64,000 nt of DNA from a virus. Position 1 is the first letter of the stretch; every line of letters starts with the position of its first letter. Below, one piece after another: positions 46,839 to 56,389 of this stretch. The stretch lies in IMG/VR virus record IMGVR_UViG_3300034691_000049, positions 8,810-72,809 of that record; one strand, written 5' to 3'. The notes beneath the pieces are model-generated. The model saw nothing but the letters and a program-made list of their open reading frames with translations, ran no database searches and was not told the origin of the DNA. A program made the position numbers and the translations under genes.

Positions 46839-47093
46839 TTAGAAGGCTATGCTTTTCAGCGCAGCCAGTTTCTTTTCGGTGGACGCGATCTTGCGTTTCA
46901 CCATGTCGTTTGCCCGCTCTTTGGCGGCCTCTTCAGTGAGGTGCCAGTCGTTACCGTGGGCATATTGGTCGTAAAAAGTACCGGGCCGACGGTAGGAGAC
47001 AAAAGACCCATCTTTGGAGAGGGTGCCGGTCACCGTCATGATGCCTTTAGTGAGCGCGTAGCGCGTCACCCAAACTATTTGCTGTTCTGCCAT
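46839..47093 (-). CDS. hypothetical protein (WVTRYALTKGI family)
   Basis: GGAG RBS; common small phage protein pattern. Confidence 0.7.
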   Translation of the reverse strand: MAEQQIVWVTRYALTKGIMTVTGTLSKDGSFVSYRRPGTFYDQYAHGNDWHLTEEAAKERANDMVKRKIASTEKKLAALKSIAF

Positions 47094-47095
47094 GG

Positions 47096-47617
47096 TTACT
47101 CCGAATCGATGGCGCCGACGGGTTCGTCGGCTTGGGATTGATATTTACCTTTATAAAAGGCAGGTTCTTGGACCTCGTGGAACATCACCTGCGCGATGCC
47201 CGCGCCGGCCGGGATGATCAGCTCACTTTCGCCGTGGTAGACCAGCTCAAGCGTCAGGAAGCCCTTCCAACCCGGTTCGATGACTGTGTTGAACACCGAC
47301 AGCCCACGGCGAGCCCAAGTGGACTTGTCATGGACAATCCCTGTGAGGAAGGGGGGCATGTTGAACTCTTCCATGGCCGAGGCCAGGGCGAAGCGTCCCG
47401 GTTCGTAGATTTCACCGTCAACTGAGACAAAAGGCACCTTTAGGTAGCCATACTGGGGCTTGTCTACATGTTTGAAGTGGATATCCTGCTTGATGCGGAT
47501 GTCATAACCCGCTTCACCCAGCCCGTAGGACGTACCGCCCGGGCCGGTGAGCTTCTTGCCGTGCATATCAACGATAGGTCGGGCTGTCAGCAGGTAACTG
47601 CGATTGACGACCGTCAT
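47096..47617 (-). CDS. dcd: dCTP deaminase
   Basis: SYGLGEAGYDIR, DKSTWARRGL, IEPGWKGFLTLEL, YKGKYQ. Confidence 0.9.
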   Translation of the reverse strand: MTVVNRSYLLTARPIVDMHGKKLTGPGGTSYGLGEAGYDIRIKQDIHFKHVDKPQYGYLKVPFVSVDGEIYEPGRFALASAMEEFNMPPFLTGIVHDKSTWARRGLSVFNTVIEPGWKGFLTLELVYHGESELIIPAGAGIAQVMFHEVQEPAFYKGKYQSQADEPVGAIDSE

Positions 47618-47772
47618 ACCACGTCCTCGAACGTGATAACGATTTCGCGGTTGGGAATAGCCGCTGCCAGGGCAGTTTCCATTGCAACACGCAAATCGGT
47701 GTCGGTGTCTTCAGTTTGCTCGTCATTGGGGACGGCAACTGTCACAACGTAAACATAGGTGCTATTACTCAC
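47614..47772 (-). CDS. small hypothetical protein (52 aa)
   Basis: Read by hand; AAGGAG RBS, GTG start, ATGA overlap with dcd. Confidence 0.55.
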   Translation of the reverse strand: MSNSTYVYVVTVAVPNDEQTEDTDTDLRVAMETALAAAIPNREIVITFEDVV

Positions 47773-47948
47773 TTGGTTTGCTCCTTTTCAAAGCAAGGGA
47801 CGCACTTAGCGCCGTACATGGGACCACCGTGGCCACGAATACCGTGACCGCACTGCGAACACGAGACAACACACGCAGTGGCGATTGTTCCGGGTTTCAG
47901 GTGGTGAATTGGTTTGCCTTCTTTGGTATAGCCGAGAATTTCGCTCAT
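47769..47948 (-). CDS. small zinc-finger-like protein (59 aa)
   Basis: Read by hand; CSQC...CVPC; GAGG RBS. Confidence 0.55.
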   Translation of the reverse strand: MSEILGYTKEGKPIHHLKPGTIATACVVSCSQCGHGIRGHGGPMYGAKCVPCFEKEQTK

Positions 47949-47991
47949 ACGAACGGCCTCACGTAGACGTAATAAAACCAGACAGATGCGA

Positions 47992-48165
47992 TCACGGAAT
48001 GTCGTGCTCCGCTTCGCATTCGATTTGCGCTACTGCTGGGAAGCCGTGCTGCTGAAGTTTGTCGTTAAGACAGCCTTCGACCAGCTCAGCGTACTCATAT
48101 TCCAGCAACTCGTCGATTTGCCCTTCAGGGATGTACAAAGTACACATGACGATGACTTGTTTCAT
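47992..48165 (-). CDS. small acidic hypothetical protein (57 aa)
   Basis: Read by hand; GGAGG RBS; ATGA overlap with the polymerase stop. Confidence 0.55.
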   Translation of the reverse strand: MKQVIVMCTLYIPEGQIDELLEYEYAELVEGCLNDKLQQHGFPAVAQIECEAEHDIP

Positions 48166-50795
48166 GCAGCCTCCTTTTTACGAATTTTGACCATATGTGC
48201 TTTGCACACGGCCTTAATGGTAGGAATGTCGGCATTAACCGGCAATGTCACTGGGGTAGCCCAGTTCGGATAAAACAAGTCGAGTGCAGCGCCGATCTTG
48301 ACCTTGTCGTGGTGCAACTCGGGCAGATCCTGCCAAGACATTTCTTCGATCAACGCATTGTTCGCAAACTCCACCACAGCCGGATCATTTCGGATCAGGA
48401 GGTAGATGGCGTCGTGAATCAACGCAACTGGTTTGATGTCGTAGCGGAATGGGCTTGCATGCACACGTTTCATGAACGCAGCCGCCGCACGGTTGTTCAA
48501 CAAGCCATACGACTGACCCATTGCGTTGCCCGCGGTACGACCTTCGGCTGCCACCTCTTTCGGGGTACAGTCCAGGCCCAGGTACGACCGGCCGAGCATT
48601 GGAGTGCGCAGACGCAAGCCAAATGCCACAGTGACGTAGCCGTCACGGGTCGCTTGAACCAAACGGTCCATGATGTACTCGGTCGAGGCCTTGTACAGAT
48701 CGTGGAAGTTCGCTTCGATCCGTTTCGCTTTCTCTTCTGACCAACCAAGGTTTTTCATCAGAGTGGCGAACGTTCCCTGATAAGTCAGGGCGAAAGTTGG
48801 TGCTTTCGACTCTTGACGCAGGTCCGGGTACTTCTTGGCGATGCTGTTGATCGAATCAACCGAAGTTGGGTCAATGTCTGGCATTTGGTCCATGAAGTAT
48901 GCATAGGCACGCAGACAGTGACCATCGTAGCCGTCGAGGTAAACCTTCAGCTTGTTTGGGTCTTTCGTCGTCAGTGCAGAGATGTAATCCTCCAGACTGT
49001 TGAAGTCAGCACCCGCGAAGATCCAACCCAACGGACCCATGAACATTTCTTTAATCAGCTTGCCGTAAGCGGAGCCAGCCGGCAGGTTTTGCATGTTTGG
49101 GTCGGATGAAGACAGCCGGCCTGATACAGTGCCGCCGATGTTGAACACGCCGTGCAGATAACGCATGCCGTCGGCTTTGAGGATGCCATTCTCGAAAGCA
49201 GGCATAAACGCCTGGAGAATCTTGGTCACTGCTGAATAGTCGATTAACGCTTGCAGCAGAACCTTATACGGTGCTGCCTTTTCATGCTCGATCAACTGGG
49301 CAATGATTTTGCCGCCACTGGCCGGTGCCTTGGTAGGCGTGCGGGCAATGATCGGCAAACCCATCAAGTCATACAGGAGCTTCTGCAATTGCAGCGGGGA
49401 ACCTGGGTTGAACACCGTATCTGCAAACTTCTCCAGCGGGTGCTGTTTCGTCTTCAGTTTAGCGTTCGCCGTCTCCATCGCCGCAGTTTGCAGGATGAAG
49501 TTTAGCTTCGAGGTCAGAGGATCATCTTGGATGATGCGCAGATAACCTTCTTGCAGCTTCTCCAGTTTTTCTTTGGTTTCGATGATCTTCTTCGGGTCCA
49601 TCGGCAGTCCCACCAACTCAACGTTGATGATCAGCTTCATGGAGTCCTTCATCAGGCCGTTGTACAGATCAAGCTGCTGATCACGCACCACGACAGGCAT
49701 GTGCTTGTCATAGGTGTAATTCGTGGCCATGCAGTCTACGCCGTTGTACCGGAGTAGATTCGGCAACGGGATTTTACGGATGTCCTTGATGTCGTCCTCG
49801 GCATAGTTGCCGGTGAACTCTTGCGACTGGTATTTCAGGCCCAGGGTGTTACCCGAGCACGAGTTGACCGACAGGTAACTCAGGATCTTTGTGCAATCGA
49901 GATTGCTGCACATGATGTCCAAACCTTCCAGGCAGCTCTTGTAATCCAGAGGATCACGCATCCAGAGGTTGTAAATCAGGTGCTTTACGTCAAACGTTGC
50001 ACTGTGGAACCGTTTTGCGCCTATGTACTTCTTGAGGAAGTCCTTGAGTATTTGACGTACCTCTTCGTTGTCCCGACGGTAGTGGTAGTTACCATCATCA
50101 TCCTTTTCCCCTAAATCGTTGAGATCTACAGGGAAAGCAATGAAGTCGTGGTGGGTCCAGGCCAAAGCAAACGTGGCAATACCACATTCGTCCAATCGAA
50201 GGCTGTAGCCCTCAATGTCCATCGCCAGATGCGGGAACTTGTGCAGTTCCATCAAAGCGTTACGGATTTGGTCCGGGGTCTTCGGGTAGAACTCCGAATG
50301 GATGATTTGATCGCCTGGCGGGACGTAGTTGCCTTTATAGACGCTGCATAGCGCATCAAGGCCCTGATCCAGGTGGGCTTTCTTATCCGGGGCAAACACC
50401 AGCACCTGGTAGTTCACGCCCAACACAACTTGCATGTGTTCGTACCCGGGCACCGCACAGGGCAGCGAATAACCGAGGTGAACCTCTGCCTTTTTCTGTC
50501 CGGTCAGGTACTTAAAATACGTACCGTCGGTGCAGTAGATGTATTTGACGTGGGCCTTCTCCAATACTTTCAGCAAATTGGCTGAATAGGACTTCACTTG
50601 CGCCGCTGACACCTTTTTTGCACTTTCGTACGAAAGGGTGAAGGCGATGCAGTCTTCCTGCGGAATGCCCCGGTCTTTGAGCGGTTGAATGTAGTTCTTG
50701 TGAATCAGTGCCTGATCAAACGTGTATTGTTTCATCAGGACGGCCACTGGGTAGTGACCGCTTTCGTTCTTCTGAAAGAAGAGATGATGGCGCAC
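48162..50795 (-). CDS. DNA polymerase, family A (N4 gp39-like)
   Basis: DIEG exonuclease I, SGRLSSSDPNMQN, ADFNSLE, DGH, RQESKAPTFALTYQG, IHDA. Confidence 0.95.
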   Translation of the reverse strand: MRHHLFFQKNESGHYPVAVLMKQYTFDQALIHKNYIQPLKDRGIPQEDCIAFTLSYESAKKVSAAQVKSYSANLLKVLEKAHVKYIYCTDGTYFKYLTGQKKAEVHLGYSLPCAVPGYEHMQVVLGVNYQVLVFAPDKKAHLDQGLDALCSVYKGNYVPPGDQIIHSEFYPKTPDQIRNALMELHKFPHLAMDIEGYSLRLDECGIATFALAWTHHDFIAFPVDLNDLGEKDDDGNYHYRRDNEEVRQILKDFLKKYIGAKRFHSATFDVKHLIYNLWMRDPLDYKSCLEGLDIMCSNLDCTKILSYLSVNSCSGNTLGLKYQSQEFTGNYAEDDIKDIRKIPLPNLLRYNGVDCMATNYTYDKHMPVVVRDQQLDLYNGLMKDSMKLIINVELVGLPMDPKKIIETKEKLEKLQEGYLRIIQDDPLTSKLNFILQTAAMETANAKLKTKQHPLEKFADTVFNPGSPLQLQKLLYDLMGLPIIARTPTKAPASGGKIIAQLIEHEKAAPYKVLLQALIDYSAVTKILQAFMPAFENGILKADGMRYLHGVFNIGGTVSGRLSSSDPNMQNLPAGSAYGKLIKEMFMGPLGWIFAGADFNSLEDYISALTTKDPNKLKVYLDGYDGHCLRAYAYFMDQMPDIDPTSVDSINSIAKKYPDLRQESKAPTFALTYQGTFATLMKNLGWSEEKAKRIEANFHDLYKASTEYIMDRLVQATRDGYVTVAFGLRLRTPMLGRSYLGLDCTPKEVAAEGRTAGNAMGQSYGLLNNRAAAAFMKRVHASPFRYDIKPVALIHDAIYLLIRNDPAVVEFANNALIEEMSWQDLPELHHDKVKIGAALDLFYPNWATPVTLPVNADIPTIKAVCKAHMVKIRKKEAA

Positions 50796-51319
50796 TAGCT
50801 ATCTCCTTGGATTAGATTTGTCATTAAGCGCACTTTGAGCGCGTCCAATGATCGCTCGCCGATGCCCATTTCGTGCGCGGCGTCGTCCATGTCAACATCG
50901 GCCAAATTAATGCCTTCTATTGCCAGAACTTGCTGGAACGGGTAACGCAATGCCGTCGGCAAGCGCTGAAAGAGAACTTCAGCATCATCCGAGGAGTTCA
51001 GCCACTTTTGAATGTAGCCGGCCACCAATGGACGTTCTTCTCGTTCGATCAGAAACTGTTCGTCGATAATCTTGTCCATTGCCGGCTGAAGGCTTTCAAA
51101 CAGCCTAGGGATGTTCTGTGGGGGCTTTGCATACCTGGATTGCGTGTGGAACTTGTTGCGGTACATAAAGCCCCAATACTGGACACCAACCAAAGCGTCG
51201 TTCTCCGCGATAAGCTCGGTGAGCTTCCGTTTGTGGCGTTCCTCTACCGGGCCATACACATACGCAAGCAAGGCCTCACGCACTTTCAGTTTGAACGTCG
51301 CTTGTGCTCGGCGGTCCAT
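50795..51319 (-). CDS. hypothetical protein (N4 gp38 position)
   Basis: TAATG coupling to the helicase; GGAG RBS. Confidence 0.7.
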   Translation of the reverse strand: MDRRAQATFKLKVREALLAYVYGPVEERHKRKLTELIAENDALVGVQYWGFMYRNKFHTQSRYAKPPQNIPRLFESLQPAMDKIIDEQFLIEREERPLVAGYIQKWLNSSDDAEVLFQRLPTALRYPFQQVLAIEGINLADVDMDDAAHEMGIGERSLDALKVRLMTNLIQGDS

Positions 51320-52569
51320 TATTTTCTCCGTAAATCTCCGGTCAGAATGATTCGGCTCCGGCCCCGGCTCAGTGCCACATACAAGATGCGGGCAAGCTGT
51401 TCCAGTGTCCGGCATTTGGAACAAATGTCGTTGAGGTCGATCATGACAATGTCATAGGTCGAGCCCTGGGACTTGTTGACGGTCTGTGCGAACGAAGGAC
51501 GCAGATCGATCCAAGTGTCGAGGATGATCTTCATCGCGTGGTAGTCGTCCTCACGGACAGCCTCAGCATGGGCCTTGTCCTTCTGCCCGCGGTGCTTGGG
51601 CATGAAGTAGTAGCTGCCTTTGCCGCGCAATAGCAGTTGGTAACCCTCCACGAAGTATTCCTTGGTCAGTTCCACTTCTTCAAGCGTGACCTCTTCGTTG
51701 GCGTTGCATTTACTGCCGTTGTTTTGCACGGCTTCGTTGACCAGCATACGCTGACCTACTTGCGGCACAGTGGTGCCCAGCACCTTCTTCGACAAGAAGT
51801 TGTTGTAGCGGGTGACGCAGTCGTTGGTGTAGGCGAGAATCTTCACCTGCTTGTCACGTTCCTCGGTAAACAAGCGATACGCTTCGGCATTGAACTCTTC
51901 CTGGGACAACCGATCGATTACGCCCGGGGTGAGCGGAAACTTCGACCAACTGCCTTCCATTACGGCAGCACGTAGGTTGCCCATCAGTGTTTGCAACACA
52001 CCGCCTTCGAAGCGGACCAAATCGGTCAGTTCGATCTCGCACGCGTTCAAATTGAACGCAGGCATGACATCGCTTTCGATAGGCGTGAGTTGCGCCGGAT
52101 CGCCGATAAACACCAGCTTGCAGCGCTTGGTTTGTTGAAGGATCTTGCGCAGCAATACATCATCGATAAAGCTGGCTTCGTCTATGAACACCAGTGAGTT
52201 TTCCAGGCCATCGCCGTACTCGACCAAGGTTTTCTTCTTGGTCTTGTAGTCGGTGGACAAGCGCAGCTCACAGGCACTGTGAATGGTCTTGACCTCTTGG
52301 GCGTAACCAACAGCCAGAGCAAAGGCCTCGGCTGCTTGGTTGGTCGTTGCGGTCAACACGATTTCTGGCGGACGGTATTCGGGCGCACATAGCTTGGCCA
52401 TGGCATCCATTTGCGGAAGATCTTCCAACAACCGGCGCACGAGCGTCGTTTTGCCGGTGCCGCTGTATCCCTTGAGCACCATCACCGTCTGGGCCGGGTC
52501 CAGGTAAAAGCTCAGGAATTTATCGTAACCACGCTCCTGACTCGGAGTTAAATCAAAATGGTTCATCAT
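51319..52569 (-). CDS. Dda/RecD-like SF1 DNA helicase
   Basis: GYSGTGKT, IDEAS, GDPAQL, TVNKSQGSTY, YVALSR. Confidence 0.92.
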   Translation of the reverse strand: MMNHFDLTPSQERGYDKFLSFYLDPAQTVMVLKGYSGTGKTTLVRRLLEDLPQMDAMAKLCAPEYRPPEIVLTATTNQAAEAFALAVGYAQEVKTIHSACELRLSTDYKTKKKTLVEYGDGLENSLVFIDEASFIDDVLLRKILQQTKRCKLVFIGDPAQLTPIESDVMPAFNLNACEIELTDLVRFEGGVLQTLMGNLRAAVMEGSWSKFPLTPGVIDRLSQEEFNAEAYRLFTEERDKQVKILAYTNDCVTRYNNFLSKKVLGTTVPQVGQRMLVNEAVQNNGSKCNANEEVTLEEVELTKEYFVEGYQLLLRGKGSYYFMPKHRGQKDKAHAEAVREDDYHAMKIILDTWIDLRPSFAQTVNKSQGSTYDIVMIDLNDICSKCRTLEQLARILYVALSRGRSRIILTGDLRRK

Positions 52570-53746
52570 CGACATCAAACCGAATTGTGGTGCCGAAGTC
52601 GCAGTGGAACATGTCCTTGGAATATCCATGGATCATCCACATGACCGGGCACCCGGGGTTGAAGGAAGGATGGCTATATTCACCATCCGTGAAGACGCAA
52701 AGCGCCGTCGGCTTGTTGAGCTTCGCCCACTCCATCAGCGGCTCGATGCAAGTACCGCCACGACCACGCAGCTCAAGATTGGCCATGTCGCGGACAGTCT
52801 TCAACCGGTGCACCGATTTGATCTCGCAGGTGAACTGCACCAACGTTATCCGTTCTGGTTTAAGGTTGCGAATCACAGCCATCAGCTCACTGACGTAGCG
52901 CTTGATGTCTTTATCGCTGACCGAACTCGACATGTCGAATGCGAACGCGATGTGTCCCAGCTTTTTGCCTTGCAGCCCGGGCATCAACATCGGGTAGAAC
53001 CGGCGATTGAGCTTCTGCCAACTGTAATTGGACTTGTCGATGGCGTTGAAGAACTTACGCAAATGCGCAGCCATCGGCAGTTTCGGTTTCAGCAGGCTAT
53101 CCAGAAAGACCTGCACGTCGGCCGGGACCGAGCCAGCAGCCTGACCACCTTTCATTTGGGCAGCAACAGCCGCCGAAGTGATGTTGGCTTTGACTGCCTG
53201 CTTGACTTGATTGGGGTCCAGCCCGGGTTCAGACATGCCTGGCTGACGCAGATCGTTCATCGGCGTACCGTCACCAGGTTTGCTGCCACTGCCGCCACCA
53301 TCAGGCTCTGGGTTTTCCTGCAACAGCCGGTAGACCTGAAGCGTGTTCATGCCCCGGTACTGCACGTCGTAGCACCAGTTGACCAAAGGCTCAAAGCCGG
53401 CCTGTACCAGGAAGTCGTTGATGACGTAGTCAGCCGCCCGGTTAAAGCGCATGTGGTTCTCTGGGGAGATCCCGTGAACCTTGGCCAGCTCCATGTGATC
53501 GAGCGCCGCGTGCATCGCCTCGTGGGCAATCAGCGTGGGTCGTTGCTTACGCGTCAGCCCCAGGAAGAAGCCAGTGTTATAGAAGATGGCCAGCCCGTCA
53601 GTAGCCGCGGTCTGATTGTCCGGGCCGTCATCCACGATCTGTTTCATCATCAGGGCCAGGGTGGTCACAAAAGTGGCCGCGGGCATTTGCATCAGGTCCA
53701 GTCGTGCCTTGGTGACAGCCTTCCAAAACTCAGTATTTTGTTCCAT
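52553..53746 (-). CDS. metallopeptidase-VWA protein (N4 gp25-like, DUF2201)
   Basis: TAATDG, HEAMH, DMSSS MIDAS, GRGGT, FTDG. Confidence 0.88.
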   Translation of the reverse strand: MEQNTEFWKAVTKARLDLMQMPAATFVTTLALMMKQIVDDGPDNQTAATDGLAIFYNTGFFLGLTRKQRPTLIAHEAMHAALDHMELAKVHGISPENHMRFNRAADYVINDFLVQAGFEPLVNWCYDVQYRGMNTLQVYRLLQENPEPDGGGSGSKPGDGTPMNDLRQPGMSEPGLDPNQVKQAVKANITSAAVAAQMKGGQAAGSVPADVQVFLDSLLKPKLPMAAHLRKFFNAIDKSNYSWQKLNRRFYPMLMPGLQGKKLGHIAFAFDMSSSVSDKDIKRYVSELMAVIRNLKPERITLVQFTCEIKSVHRLKTVRDMANLELRGRGGTCIEPLMEWAKLNKPTALCVFTDGEYSHPSFNPGCPVMWMIHGYSKDMFHCDFGTTIRFDVDDEPF

Positions 53747-53770
53747 TGGTTTGCCTCCAAGGCAGAATGG

Positions 53771-54202
53771 TTATTGAGAGAGCAGATTGCGCAGTTTGTG
53801 CATTTGCCCGTTTGCTTCGCGATCATCCCACGATTCCTGTCCGCAGCAGACGTGACAGATGCGATATCGTGTTACATCGTCCATATCACGGGGAAGGTAA
53901 CGTTCATAGACTGCGGCTAGCCCTGGGTCAGGCACCAAATTGCTGTGCATAATGGTGCCATCATGCCCATATCGGAATTGTCCGCGCTGGTTAGCAGACA
54001 ATGAGCCCTTTACCGGGAAACATGCGTAATTAAACGAGATTCCTGCTGCCCATAAGGCATCCCTCACAGGACCGCCTTGCACAGAAACTAGAAGCACCAT
54101 CATGTCGCCACATGACCAGATTCTGGGCATTTTGCGAATGTTGAGTGCTTCCAGCACGGCCACGCAGTCATCCGGTTTGAAACCAATAGCTGTAGTGGCC
54201 AT
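53771..54202 (-). CDS. hypothetical protein between ATPase and VWA genes
   Basis: MATTAIG start with GGGG upstream. Confidence 0.6.
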   Translation of the reverse strand: MATTAIGFKPDDCVAVLEALNIRKMPRIWSCGDMMVLLVSVQGGPVRDALWAAGISFNYACFPVKGSLSANQRGQFRYGHDGTIMHSNLVPDPGLAAVYERYLPRDMDDVTRYRICHVCCGQESWDDREANGQMHKLRNLLSQ

Positions 54203-54230
54203 GTTGTAACCCCACTTTATATTGAAGGGA

Positions 54231-55301
54231 TCAGCCGACGAAGTCTTTGGCATTGGCCTTCATCCAAGCGGAAACCGCAGGATCGCCCAATACCGCCATG
54301 CCTTGACGGCGAGTGATGTTGCGCATGGTCACGATTTGGAACTCGGACGGAATCCGTTCGATGTATTCCATCATCACCTTGGCGTTGTCCTTGTCGAACC
54401 AGTCGCCCAGGGCGCCGGTCAATGCGTACAGCGGACCCGGCTCGTGAGAGCCCGGGACCAGCGCAGTTTTCGGGTTGACCAGGATGTCGGATTTCTTCGG
54501 CAGACCTGCACGCATGCTGGCGAAGGCTACGAACTCGGTAGCAATTGCGTTGATGCAGCCGGCAATCGGTACTTGTTTGTTCAATGGGTTGCCTTTCCAG
54601 ACATCCAGCAGCTTGTTCACGAAAGTCCACGAACGTGGGCACGCAAACGGTTGATCCGGGTTTTGGCTGTCGAAGGTGTAGAACGCCGCTGGGCGCCATT
54701 CCAGGTACGAAGTGATCAGGGAACGGACGTTGTTGCCTTTTTGCGCCCACTTCATCCAGTGATTCATGTCGGCAGTGACCGATAGGTTGATCAGCCGGGA
54801 GATCAGTGCCGTGGACATTGGGACTGTCACAGCCTGGTCGTCGTCGTGGTTACCGGCCGCACAGATGTGCGCCAGCGGATGAAGATCGCGCTGCCCAACC
54901 TTCCGGTCGAGGAAGAACTTGTAACTGGCCGCTTGGACCATTTCCGGCGCCGAAGTCAACTCGTCGCAGAACACCAGCCAGCCAGAATACTGCTGACCGG
55001 TTTTTGGGTTGATTGGCAGCTCGTCGGTGTCGAGCGGGAAGTTTTCCAGCGGGTAGTAGCGAGCCACACCTTTGACCATGTCCAGGCCGGGGAAACCGTT
55101 CATATCGGTCGGGTCGAAGCCGGCGAAGCGGTTGTCGATCAGTAGCAGGTTCATTTCGTCAGCAATTTCACTGATGACGGCGGATTTGGTAATGCCCGGG
55201 CTACCGCGCAGCATTGGCACCAGGCCGGCTTGCAGAATGTCACGAACGTGTTGAACTGCTTCGCCCATCGGGATTTCGAAGTCTTTGAGCATAGTTGCCA
55301 T
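54231..55301 (-). CDS. MoxR-like AAA+ ATPase (N4 gp24-like)
   Basis: GSPGITKS, FCDE, AAGN, ALISRL, CPRSW. Confidence 0.88.
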   Translation of the reverse strand: MATMLKDFEIPMGEAVQHVRDILQAGLVPMLRGSPGITKSAVISEIADEMNLLLIDNRFAGFDPTDMNGFPGLDMVKGVARYYPLENFPLDTDELPINPKTGQQYSGWLVFCDELTSAPEMVQAASYKFFLDRKVGQRDLHPLAHICAAGNHDDDQAVTVPMSTALISRLINLSVTADMNHWMKWAQKGNNVRSLITSYLEWRPAAFYTFDSQNPDQPFACPRSWTFVNKLLDVWKGNPLNKQVPIAGCINAIATEFVAFASMRAGLPKKSDILVNPKTALVPGSHEPGPLYALTGALGDWFDKDNAKVMMEYIERIPSEFQIVTMRNITRRQGMAVLGDPAVSAWMKANAKDFVG

Positions 55302-55307
55302 GGGTAA

Positions 55308-55529
55308 TTACACCTTACTGAGATATGGGGGGTTGGTTGCGAGGCGTTCTTTGCACTTCTCGCAGGTAATGTTCTTTATGTTGCGGGTTGTGTGGGCATG
55401 CCACGAACCGTAACCACAAATGGGCATAGGCCCTTCGAAGTTAGCGTTGCTGCCGGTCTTATTGCGCATTTCCACTTCGAGCAAGCCAAAGTGGATATGT
55501 CCCAGCGTGCGCGTGTGGACTTCACTCAT
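55308..55529 (-). CDS. small hypothetical protein with CxxC
   Basis: Packed between neighbours. Confidence 0.6.
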   Translation of the reverse strand: MSEVHTRTLGHIHFGLLEVEMRNKTGSNANFEGPMPICGYGSWHAHTTRNIKNITCEKCKERLATNPPYLSKV

Positions 55530-56346
55530 CGAACAAGTCCACGGGAGTTGGCAGCGTCAGCGTCTTACGGAACACCGGCTGAGCCTTTTCATTCTTCAAC
55601 GTACCGTTGATGAAGAATTGGTGCAGCAAGGCGGCAATCTGGCGATAACCGATGGTGTTCATCTCGTAGTTGTCCGAGACGACCTGCTGCACCTCGGCAA
55701 CGACCTTGGCGCGGTCCGTGTCAGCAAACAACTTGCAGTAGCTGTCCAGTAATTCACTGGTTTCGACTGCGTGTAGGAGGTCGGCGAGTTTCACCTTTTC
55801 CATGCCGAAGATCAGCCCAACACGGCCGAGCAGTTCAGTCTTCACGCCGAAAGCGCGCAGGCGATCCAGATCGAGATCCGGTTCACCGTTCCAGGCGCCC
55901 GCGAAAATGAAAATGCAGTGATCGATAGTGATGTCAGCGTACTGACCGAAATTGCCGGTGAACACGCTGGTGGTGCGACCTTCCAGGATCTTCAGCAATT
56001 CATTCTGGATGCTGGTGGTCGAATCATCGGCCAATTCGCTGTTGTTGTTGCCGCGGATGAACAGTTTGTCGAACTCGTCGAGCAAGACAACCATCGGCTC
56101 CATACCGCTGTTGGCGATAGGGGCCAGGGCCTTGGACAACGAGTTGCCGGACAAACCTTCCTTGGTGAGCTGCGCACAGTTGATTTCAACCATGGGCATC
56201 ATCAATTCGTCGCAAAGCGCTTCGACGTTGTAGGTTTTGCCCGAGCCGGATACGCCGGTCAGGAAAAAGTGGGGGCGGATCTTCGCTTGCGATGCCTGGT
56301 GAATATTCAGGATGCGGCGGACTTGTTCGATGGTCTTCTTGGACAT
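55522..56346 (-). CDS. ClpX/HslU-like AAA+ ATPase (short)
   Basis: GVSGSGKT, LDEFDK, IQNELLKILEG, FAGAW, FGVKTELLGR. Confidence 0.8.
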   Translation of the reverse strand: MSKKTIEQVRRILNIHQASQAKIRPHFFLTGVSGSGKTYNVEALCDELMMPMVEINCAQLTKEGLSGNSLSKALAPIANSGMEPMVVLLDEFDKLFIRGNNNSELADDSTTSIQNELLKILEGRTTSVFTGNFGQYADITIDHCIFIFAGAWNGEPDLDLDRLRAFGVKTELLGRVGLIFGMEKVKLADLLHAVETSELLDSYCKLFADTDRAKVVAEVQQVVSDNYEMNTIGYRQIAALLHQFFINGTLKNEKAQPVFRKTLTLPTPVDLFDE

Positions 56347-56389
56347 GATAGATCCTGTATAGTGGGACTTCGTTAAAAAAGGAGGTTTT

